Origin: the human T2T-CHM13v2.0 reference genome, Homo sapiens
Length of the DNA: 64,000 bases
Direction: 5' to 3' (one strand)
NCBI RefSeq assembly: GCF_009914755.1
Contig: NC_060941.1
Part shown: positions 52,660-64,000 of the stretch, piece by piece
Layout: each line of letters starts with the position of its first letter
Numbering within the stretch: position 1 is the stretch's first letter
Made by a program: the position numbers and the translations under genes
The notes under the pieces: generated by a model
Database searches by the model: none
Told to the model about the DNA's origin: nothing
Seen by the model: only the letters and a program-made list of their open reading frames with translations

Positions 52660-53014
52660 TTACAATTCAATGGATGAGATCACAGAAATGAATATAAATA
52701 ACTAAAGATAATCTCAAATTCCACCCCCAACCTCAAATCCTTAAACCCAATAGTCATCTATGATTGAGATAAAATCTTTCTACCAGATCACAAGACTCCA
52801 GAAGTTTGATTTTGAAACTACAGTCATACCTTGTATTATAGTACATATAAAACAGGCTCTCCATTAATTCTGGCTCAACAATGCAAGTAATATGGTCAGT
52901 ACTCACCTATCCACACTAATTCAAAATGATCTTTTTTATTACCCATATAATAAGTTTTCAAAACTGATGGCAACTCATTTCACACAAAATTTGTACTTCT
53001 AGGCATACTTACTA

Positions 53015-53215
53015 CATACATATATATACTATGTATATAAAATTCAATATAATGAATATAAATCACATAATTCTAATTTATATACATACGCATATATACA
53101 TATACACGCATGTATATGTGTATATATGCACATACATACACATATATACACATACACATATATACACACACATAGATACCACATGTATGTGTAATCTATG
53201 TGTGTGTGTATATAT
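53015..53215. repeat. (TA)/(CA)/(TG) low-complexity tract
   Basis: Seen directly in the sequence. Confidence 0.9.
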
Positions 53216-53934
53216 TTGAATTATAAGGCCAAAGTAGCCTAGTGTTAGATGACTAAGAAAAGCCAACTCAAGACATAAATTTGAGTCACAAAGTACATAA
53301 TCCTCATGAGGATTCTTAAGAAATAACCAGCTACTCCGTATTTTTCTCTTAATTAACAGGTGCTTGTTACAAGCACAACTTATACCATTAACTAAGTTAT
53401 AAGTGTTAAATGAATTATGAAAAATATGGGAAGTTGGAATGCTAATTTTAATGTTGATTATTCATTTCTTAATCAAATTCATAAGTACTAAAGGAGAACA
53501 GTACATTCAAAACTTGTTGCATTTACATACCGTTGTTTCTAGGTTTGAAAATTGATTTCTAAATATTAAAATTATTAAATACATATTACAAAAGACAACA
53601 TATAAAGTTTTTAAATTTTAAATGACTATTATAAATATGCATACCTATGTTTAATATGAGAGGTTCAAATAATGTTTTATTATGCTATAAAAGATATGTG
53701 ATATGGTTTCTTCCCAAGTTGGTATCCTTGTGTCCAGGTGGACAGCAGGTAATCAAGATGGCTTCAAGAAGCATAAATGAAAAGGTTTATATTATAAAAG
53801 TTAGTATATGAATGGGAATTGGGTTATTAATATATTCATAAAACTTTGCAGAGTTTAATTCCAAACCGTGCTTCTCTTACATATGCCTTATATCCATCTT
53901 TCCTAGTTTTTTGAAGATGAGTTTAAGAAATCAA

Positions 53935-54130
53935 TTGAGATACTGGAGATTCAGAAGGTAGCGGGGTGGGAGAGGGGTAAGGAATGAAAAACTATCTGTT
54001 GGGTACAATGTACACTACTCAGGTGAGGGGTACACTAAAAGTCCAGACTTGATTACTATACAACTTATCCATGTAAACAAAAACCACTTGTACCCATAAA
54101 GCTGTCGAAAAAAGAATTTTAATAAAAAAA
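53935..54130 (+). mobile_element. L1 3' end (L1PB/L1MA-like)
   Basis: gggtacaatgtacactactcagg...aaaagtccagactt...aaaaccacttgtaccc plus A-rich tail. Confidence 0.8.
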
Positions 54131-54666
54131 ATTAAAAATTTTAAATGGAATGAATAAATAAAAAATAAGCAAATGGGTTCAGAAAAAATTTTAGACCTAT
54201 ATGTAAACAACAGAAAAAGTAAAAATGCTACAAAATATTAAATATGTACTTCTGACTATAAGACTAAGGCTAATAAGACAGTCATGCAGTTGCTGGAAAT
54301 GTCTGTTGCCAGGAAATACATGCTGAAAAGCTGTCCTTTATTTTTATTTTTAAGAACACCAATGAAGGAATTGTGCTTTTTTTCTCATCATAACATGAGA
54401 AAATATAGGGAAGGACTATCTTATATAGCACTCAGGATCTAAAATCCATCCACTTTCCCACCCTTTTAATAAGAATAGCCACAATATTCAACTGCATATT
54501 TATCAATACAATTCTATTACATACTACATTCAAAAGAAAGGTCTTTTTAGTCTAATTGATAAAGTATCAGTTTCACAGAGTGGCATTTCAGGTTTGCGTT
54601 GGACTTCAAGACAAAGCAAAACGCTAAGGAAAGAATGGATTGACTTTTACTCTGTCTAGTTCAGTT

Positions 54667-54965
54667 ATTTGTTTTTTCAGAGACAGGGTTGTGCTGTCAC
54701 TCAGAGTGAAGGGCAGGAGGGCAGTGGCATGATCACAGCTCATTGTAACCTTGAACTCCTGGGCTCAAGCCTCTCGCCTCAGCCTCCAGAGTAGCTGGGA
54801 CTGTAGTTGTGTGCCACCACACCTGGCTAAATTTTTAAATTTTTTTGTAGAGATGGGGTCTCGCTATGATGCCAGGGCTGGTTTCAAACTCCTGGCCTCA
54901 AGTAATCCTCCCACCTTGACCTCTCAAAGTGCTAGGATTATGGGCATGAGCTACTGTACGCAGCC
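54667..54965 (-). mobile_element. AluJ-like
   Basis: Diverged reverse Alu consensus. Confidence 0.88.
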
Positions 54966-55996
54966 TCTAGCTCAATTTTTAATATCAATTTCTTATTACA
55001 TTTTTCATTTCCAGCTTTCACAGCCAAAATGCTAGAAGTTGCTCTATTTTTAAGCTACTTTTTAAAACTCCATACCCTGTTCCTATATCACCCTCACTGA
55101 CCTTGACCGCAATGAACAGAATTTGAAGTAACATTAAGTCAAACAACCTCACACTTCACAAAAAGCTGGAGCTTGGTGACAGTCTTTGCCTACCAGAAGA
55201 TTCTAGAGATTTCAAAGAAATAGCCTTCGAGTTAACGTGTACCAATTTAAAAGTAACATTAACTACTTACTATAAGTTAATCAAGTTAAACTGGCTCCAA
55301 AAGTGACCTGAAATTTGCATGTTAAATCTGACCTTTTTTTTTTTTGACACCATTGATATAGCAAAATGGTAAAGCACATGGATTCTAGAACTAGCCTGAA
55401 ATCTTGACTCTACCATTCAGTAGCTGTGTGACTTCGTGCAGATTACTTAGCCTCTCTTTATATCTCAGTTTCCTCATGTGCAAAGTGGGGCGCCAGCACT
55501 ACTATTATTATTATTCCTTACTATTGAAATGACATTTGTGTCTCACTTCTAAACTTTCAGGGAAATGCTTCTTTCCTTCAAAAATTCTTAGTTTTAAAGC
55601 TAAAATTTTTCCTTTTTTCTCTTTACACTGGCCCTTGAACTCCCCAATACCTTACCAAACTACTATGCATACAATTATGAAGCATTTCTGAATACAGATA
55701 ATTGACAGATCACAATAGAATGAGGACAAGAATTCACCACTCTGGTTAAAGATTTCATCAATTCTCAGCCCCCTCCCTAAAACGTTAACATAATATTATG
55801 TTACCCATTTTTTTAGTACTATTGGTTTAAAAACCCAAGTGTGTATTACACTGTAATATAATTTTAGGCATTTCAAAGGATGTAACCTTATTTTTAATCA
55901 CTGCCTGAACACAAAGTTTGATTTTCTTTCTCTGTTAACCTTACTTCTAGGATCACTGATAAAACACTAAAAAATCACTTGGTGTCCTTAGGTCAC

Positions 55997-56020
55997 TGTG
56001 TGTGTGTGTGTGTGTGTGTG
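55997..56020. repeat. (TG)n microsatellite
   Basis: Seen directly in the sequence. Confidence 0.95.
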
Positions 56021-56219
56021 TACACAAATATACATATATCTCTACACATACATGAAATATGTTTATATTTTACAGAGTAAATAAAATGTGCTAAATGAAG
56101 AAATTCAGTTCAAGGGAAGACCTTCTCCAAACGCCTTGGTTTGAAAAAAGGTTATCACTCTCCTTTTAGCCTCCTGCCATTCCGTGCAGATTTATCTGAG
56201 CATATCCATCATTTCTGGG

Positions 56220-56470
56220 AAAGGCAGCATAACCAGAGAGAAGAATGTGGGTTTTGAAGTCAATCTGACACCTGTTTGAGTGAACCACATAATAGCTATG
56301 TGACCCTGGGCAATTTAATCTCTCTGAATCAGGCTGCCCATTTAAAATGCAAATAAAATACCCACATTATAGGGTTGTTAGGAGGAGTGAATGAGGCAAT
56401 GTGTGCAAAGCACATAAACCAGCACCTGGCTCAAAGAAAGCTGTCAATAAACAGCAGCCACTATTAATAC
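56220..56470 (+). mobile_element. MIR SINE (a further MIR at about 55355-55490)
   Basis: tagctatgtgaccctgggcaa...ctctctgaatc...atagggttgttaggagg core. Confidence 0.7.
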
Positions 56471-57294
56471 TTCTTAGCTTGGTGAGAGAGGGGGAGGATC
56501 TTCACTATATCCATTTTTGATTAACAGAAAAAAATCTGTTTAAAAATACAACAAAAAAGAATATGTAACTGATTGACTTCTGAACTGGTATAATATACAC
56601 AGTAAGTATTCCTTAAAAACTTGATTGATATTTGGGAATATATTAGTTTTTTTGAAAATATTAAATGAAAAAAGCAGGAAAACAGTCCTAATGAACTCAA
56701 ACTACAAAGAACTCACTCTTCCATTTTTACAGGACCCAAGAATCATATTATATTCTCTGAGCTTACTTGTACTGTGAGAGTAAATTAATATCTAATTAAA
56801 TTAGTGAGATTAAAGCTTAAATATCCATATGCCCCAACTATCAATTCTTGGGCTACAGCCATGATTAAACTGTACAAATAAAGCAGACAATCAACATTGC
56901 CATGTAACTATGAAATGTATGTTTTTTTTTCACTCAACATAATATATTTACTTCCCTGAAAATATTCTGCTTAGCTTATCAATTAATGTATATACCTTGA
57001 CACTTCCCAGCTGAGTAGTAAGAAACAGGCAACTGCAGACTCAGCTTTGAAGTTAAAAATTAGCCCTGGATAATTCTGAGAACATGGCCTCAGGAAGAAT
57101 TATTCACCCATTTGCTCTAAGAAAGTAATGATTTCTGTCAAGACAATGGATGAAAAATGCTGATCTCATGCAATTCACAGTATAATATGATTCTTTAAGA
57201 AAGGGGTAATGGTTTCTTTAAAAATATTCAGGTTGGTAAATATATTTGGAGTTATTTATAAGGAGAGCCCAAAACTAATGTGGCTTGACACTAT

Positions 57295-57588
57295 TCTTTT
57301 TTTTATTTTCTTTGAGACAGGGTCTTGCTCTGTCACCCAGGCTGGAGTACAGTGGCGTGATCACTAGAGCCTCAACCTCCTGGGCTCAAACGATCCTCCC
57401 ACCTCAGCCTCCTGAGTAGCTGGGACCACAGGCACATGCCACCACACGCAGCTAAAGTTTGTATTTTTTGTAGAGACAAGGTTTTGCCATGTTGCCCAGG
57501 GTGATCTCAAACTCCTGAGCTCAAGCAATCCGCCCACCAGGGCCTCTCAGAGTGCTGGGATTACAGGTGTGAGCCACTGCGCCTGGCC
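57295..57588 (-). mobile_element. AluJ-like
   Basis: Target-site duplication acactattctt. Confidence 0.92.
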
Positions 57589-57876
57589 GGAACACTATTC
57601 TTAAATCCATTTACTCCCCTAATAGTTTCTAGTTGTTTTCAACATGTGCTTTAATATATTACATTCTAATCAAATTGTATGTGCTGTCTCACTTATCAAA
57701 TAATAAATACAAGCAAAAGTGGTAAAATACCACAAGCAACATTCTAAACGAAATATACTTACAATGACTAGTAAAGTAATATAAAGTAAAATTCTTAGGA
57801 TGAAAGCAAAATTAGTAGACTTCTTGATATACCTGGTTCTTCTATTCATTTGTAACTCAGAATTAAGGTATTCTCG

Positions 57877-58195
<319 letters not shown>

Positions 58196-59149
58196 TCATT
58201 AGTGACTACAAATGCATGGCAATATATTTTTAAAGTATGAAATTAAAGATGTTACAACAGAATTGTTTACAGATAAATAAGTTACAGACCCTTCAAGCTT
58301 TGTTTTTTAAAAAAGAAATTTTTTTTTCATAAATTAAAACTCTACTTGATTCCTTTGATGATAGCTTTCCCCTATAAAGGATATTAACTTTTTGAGGGGT
58401 CTTAAATTCTAATATATGAAACTTATTCTTAAAGGTCCCAAATAGTCTCCCTTCCCAGAATTTTTCTTCCTGCTAGAACACAAAAATAGATAATAAAGTG
58501 CTGTCATTATCTATATTGTAAGAAAAAAAAACCTGATTTAAAGAGTGCCATGTCCTAATAGTTTTGTCTACTTTAATTCTAACATATCAAAAAGAAATAA
58601 TTACCCAAGGCAGATTCAGGACTACCTACATCTCTTTTTACTATTCTGAACTTCCTATGACAGGTACTAGCACACTTATAAAATTTTAAGTAATCCCTAG
58701 TGTATTTCTTTCTTTTTCACAAAAGAATATTATAAATAACTGTTCGACTGCTTTTTTTTTTTTTAATGCTAGCACAGTTCTTCAACACTCAAAAGGCCAA
58801 ATCTTCTATTACTGGCTTTGTACAGTTAAAATTCCAATTAACTGGTATAAGTCACAAGTGTATAAAGAAAGATTTTGGTGTGTAGGTTGATATTTTAACC
58901 ATATTTAGTAGAAACTGTTCCTTAAAACTAAAGTCTAATGAATACTAATAATGCTACCGAAAGACAAGTAATGACCACGTCTAACCCCCTAATGTTAAGA
59001 TCTTCTGGATTAACCAGATACAAAGAATTATCTACATTGAGAAGCCTTGAGAGAGCAAGACTACAGAAGGAAATTCATCAAAAATTAGAACAATTAAGTG
59101 AAAAAGTGAGGCACTAAGGGATATAAAAGTTAATATCCATCAAAGACAA

Positions 59150-59570
59150 ACACATGCATGAAACCAGCTCAGGACCCCTGCTCTAGTTGTTGCTTCTTCC
59201 TGGAGCACTTTTAACCCAAATAGCTTCTCCCTCACTTCCAAGTCAGCTTCTCAGTGAGGTCTGCTCTCACCACGCTATTTACAATCACAAGCTAGTCTGC
59301 ACCGTCCTCATCATTCCTAATTCCTCTTAATATTTTCCTTTCCATTCAACTTACCATGTAAAATACTATATAATATTCCTATTTAGTTTACGGTAATCTT
59401 CCTCTCCTTACCAGTAAAAAGTAAGCCCCACCAATAAAATGTAAGCCCCACAAGGGCAGAGATCTTTGTCTATTTTGTTCACTCATGTATCTTCAGAAGC
59501 TGGAAGAGTGCTTAGAACCTAGAAGTCACTCAGGAAATATCTCTTGAATAATGGCTCAATGAATACACAA
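59150..59570 (-). mobile_element. L2 LINE 3' fragment
   Basis: aatgtaagccccacaagggcagagatctttgtctattttgttcact...aaatatctcttgaata. Confidence 0.6.
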
Positions 59571-59742
59571 TTATGCATACAATAAATAGATCCAAAGTAA
59601 TATGCTTTTGTGTTCCCACTGGATATCAGGCTACAATAAACCTGTTTTTAATTAGCCAGAAGGTCATATGAATAAATATACACATAGGGATACAAATCAT
59701 GTCACATTTCCCCTTTAATGTCTCAACATTAACACATAATTA

Positions 59743-59988
<246 letters not shown>

Positions 59989-60064
59989 TTAAGAAAAGAC
60001 TTAAGATTGTCATTCTGAACCACTGATATAATAAAAGCATTGCATTTTTTAAAATGTTATTGCT

Positions 60065-60750
60065 AAATAACAAACATTGGCGAAGATGTGGAGAAACTGA
60101 AACCCTTATGCACTGCTGGTGAGAATGTCCAATGGTACAGCTGCTGTGGAAAACAGTGTGGCAGTTCTTCAAAAATTTAGGCAGAGAACTACCATATGAT
60201 CCAGCAATTCCATGCTTACATACATACTCAAAAGAACTGAAAGGAGTGACTCAAACAGATATCTGTATATCCACGTTCATAGCAGCATTATTCACAATAG
60301 CCAAAAGGTGGAAGCAACACGAGTATCCCTGGACAGAGGAATGGATCAACAGAATGTGGCATATACATACAATAGATTATTCAGCCTTATAAAGGCATGA
60401 AATTCTGACACATCTTACAACATGGATGAACCTTGAAGGCATTATGCTAAGTGAAATAAACCAGTCAGGAAAGGACAAATACTATATAATTCCATTTATA
60501 TGAGGTAGCTAGAACAGTCAAATTCATAGAGAAAGAATGTAGAAGGGTGACTGCCAGGAGGGAAGGAGGAATGGGGGCATTTAATGCATACAGAGTTTCA
60601 GTTTGGAAAGATCAAAAAAGTTCTGGAGATGAATGGTGATGACTGTTGCACAATAACGTAAATGAACTTAATGCCACAGAACTTATGTGCATAAAAATGG
60701 TTAAAATGGTCAATTTTACATCATACGCATTTTACCACCATAAAAAAATT
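60065..60750 (+). mobile_element. L1 (L1MA/MB-like) ORF2 C-terminus and 3'UTR
   Basis: ORF 60132-60392 (LWKTVWQF...ELPYDPAIP...FIAALFTIAKRWKQ) is the L1 ORF2p C-terminus. Confidence 0.92.
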
Positions 60751-61687
60751 TTTTTTAATGATACTATTGGAACCAACCTTAAAATTATCTAGTCCCAGGT
60801 TCCACCCAATACAAGGACCCTTTGTTGAAGCAGTCATCCAGTCTCTGGCCAACGAGGGCACGCACAGCTGATTTCATAAAGAAGTCTACAGAAAGTCTAG
60901 GTGTATATCATTTTTTCTTACGTGCTTCAAATAGTAACATATCTATTCCCTCACCCTATGACAAATCTCAATACAATGCTGATGTCAATCTTTAGTCTTC
61001 TCCTCTCCAGGCCAAACAATCCTAGTTTTCTCATGGCAGTGTCTTGATCATTCACTACCCTAAGTCTCCTCTGGGTGCTTTCTAATTTACTCCTAATGTT
61101 CTTTCTAAAATGCTCACCTAAATTCTGTATAATCTGGACAACACATGGTACAGTAGAACTATTTTTTGCCCATGCTCTTACTGCTGTATATTACTCTTAC
61201 TGCTGGATATTACCATAAAACCTAACATTGTATTAGGCTTCAATTAGAGTTCACATCAGAGTGTTGCTTCATATATTTAAAAGCACAGATTTTATAGCAA
61301 TTAATTAAATGAACATAATTTAAAAGAGTTGCTGTTAACTATAAACTTAGAAAAGTCTATACATAAAAATCTTTATGAAGAAATTCATCCTCAGATACCG
61401 TATAACAGCAGAATGTGTTATATACTATTATGACTGTAATTCACAGCATACATATACTATGTGGCATTGATATAATTATGGTCACAGAAAAGGTATATTT
61501 GTTAATACTTATTTTATTTGGATATAAAAACTTAATAAACATGTAAATGAATTCAACCTTTAATTGCCAAACCTGGCATTAAAGAACTTGATATGAAATG
61601 AACACATAACTTCAGAAAAGAGATCTTGAGTACTAAAAATCCAATGTGAACACACTTTAGATTTAAGCATTTGAATGACTGAATTCA

Positions 61688-61915
<228 letters not shown>

Positions 61916-64000
61916 TTAAAGTTATCACCAATGTTTGGAGAAAATAATATCGTAACTAAAACTGATTTATAAAGGATCCCATTTTAGCAGATGTCATTTA
62001 AAAAAAAAAAAAAACTACCCCTAAATGGGAGTAATGCTTTGCTGATGTGAACTGAATGAGAATATAAATTTTTCATTTACATTTTAAACAGTAAAATTCT
62101 CCAATAATACAACCAGTGAAAACATGAAAATCAGGGACAATGCTATTGGCCCCCAAGTTCCTGTGTAGGGAGGAACAAGCTCAAGTTCCTGTGTGGGAAA
62201 AAGACAGGCCATGATTCTAGGGAAGGCAAGTTCTCACAGCCCCAGTAATTCTCAGTCCACTCTCTCCAGATCAGGCCAATGAAACTAACCAACCAACTAG
62301 AAGCTTCCTGTCATCAGTGACATCACTAAGTCCCAGCAGTACAAGGTCTAACATTGTCCCCTTCCTCACTGATATAACTAAGCAGACCAGCCAACAGCCA
62401 CCAATTGACAACAAACCACAGCTGGGACTAGGCCACATTTGGATCACAGAGAAAGACTTTCAGAATTCACTGCCTGCTAGTGGTACAAGTCCAGCCAAGC
62501 CATTTCATTAACCTTGCAATAAAGCAATGCCACAGTTTATGCAACTGAATTTTTCAGACCCCAATTACTGGATTATGATAGGGTTTTTAGGATAGTTTGT
62601 TCTATTTTAATTCAATGAATTGATCAAACAGTTTCAATGTCTGGCACAGTGGAGAAGGTACAAAAGTTAATAAAACATGTTCCTTGCCCGCTACTTACTG
62701 AGAAGAACTTATGGTTTATTTAGAAAAGAGAGTCATAATAAAAAAAATATATAAGGCAAGCACAAATAGAGGGTCAGTCAAGAGTCCAGGGGCATACAGA
62801 GGAAGGAGGTGTGTTTTCAAATGTCTTTAAGTACATCGTTTCTTTATTATTTACTAACAGTATCTATTTTAATTTATAATATTAAATATATTTAATAAAA
62901 ATTGACAATTTTCATCCTTTGAAAAACTTGAGGTTACTGACTACGAAGCAGTTCCCATGTCCAGATACAAATTCAGTGAACTACAGAGGTAAGGACTACA
63001 GTCATCCTATCGTTATTATGATACAGCAGCAAGTGTATCACATACACAGACTACCCAGGGAAGGTGAAGAGCAAACTGGACTAAAGACATGGCATTCTCA
63101 CTATCAGGAAACAGAGTAGACATACTCAGTCTACTGCAATAAGGAATAAGAAAAAGTTATCTTTACCCATGTGGTTAGATGTGGGGATAGATGAGTTGGG
63201 AGACACCTCTGCTGCGCCCTCCCACCCCACAGAGTTCCCACCTCTAAGCAACACACAACCATTTCTGCACTTTATCCTCCTGTCATGTAGTCAAAAAACA
63301 GACTTAGAATGATGATATGAGTCATTCTGGGAAACCTCTCTCCCAGAAAAACATCTTCTAAGCTGGTCAAAATTAGCAAAGACAATCATTCAAAGTCTCT
63401 AAAGACAGATCAAAGAGGTTACAAGAAATTGAGAAGCATCCATCTATTCAACAAAACCTGTAAAAACTCACTGAGAACAGTGGAAGGTTGAGGCCTACAA
63501 GCTATGGACTGCCCCCTTTCCCCCACAGCTCTTACAGAACTGTTTTAACGGCCAAGGGGCAATTCCCATCGCCCTAGCTCCCTCCTATTCCAGGTACTTT
63601 TGGCAGCTGGTAAACATTGGCAGATTTCATTTTTCACAGCTTTGTGCTGCAGAAGGCCTATGATAAGCAGTTGGTAGTAGTCAGGTGGTACCCAACCCCC
63701 ATCTCCTGCTACATAGGGAGTGGGACAGTGGGTGGCAGTGCAGTCCCTCTTTCCCACATAGCTCTGCATTGCAGGAGAGCTGATCCAATGGCCTTGGCAG
63801 CCCATTGACAGTTTGCATTTTCTCTAGCTTCCTAGGACAGAAGACCTATGCTGGGTAGATTCAGCAGCCAATGAACATCAGCAGATCCCAACCTCCCCTG
63901 ATGTGCACTGCAGAAGAGCCACACTTGGTAGCGGCACCAGCTGGATGGAAGCACCTGGATGGCAGCATGGATTACACACAAACATACAGCATACACAGAG

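Noticed and set aside
53157-53215. Hairpin resembling a pre-miRNA (ACACACACATAGAT...ATCTATGTGTGTGT)
   Set aside because: Explained by fold-back of CA/TG/TA low-complexity repeat.

Overview
Primate genomic DNA, most likely human (AluY/AluS/AluJ elements, GT-AG introns). It holds the 3' half of HELZ, an Upf1-like superfamily-1 RNA helicase with zinc finger, on the minus strand. I reconstructed 12 coding exons by hand (61888 down to the stop at 2050). All have canonical AG/GT boundaries and matching phases, totalling 3060 nt (1019 aa plus stop). They encode the C-terminal helicase motifs IV-VI, the PAM2/LxxLAP motif and the long P/Q/H/S-rich disordered tail ending in GFYSYFK*. Positions 1-2049 are 3'UTR that appears to continue beyond the window. 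The introns carry about 28 Alu copies, several old L1/L2/MIR/MLT1/MER fragments, one near-full-length Tigger1 DNA transposon and several microsatellites. Most ORFs in the supplied track are Alu/L1-derived or chance ORFs. I see no convincing new biological system. The best leads are a candidate poison exon in the 20-kb intron, rearrangements inside the Tigger1 copy (triplicated terminus, 60-bp inverted repeat), inverted Alu pairs around exons, degenerate helicase motifs, and proximal poly(A) signals upstream of miRNA sites. Repeat boundaries and subfamily calls are by eye and approximate.
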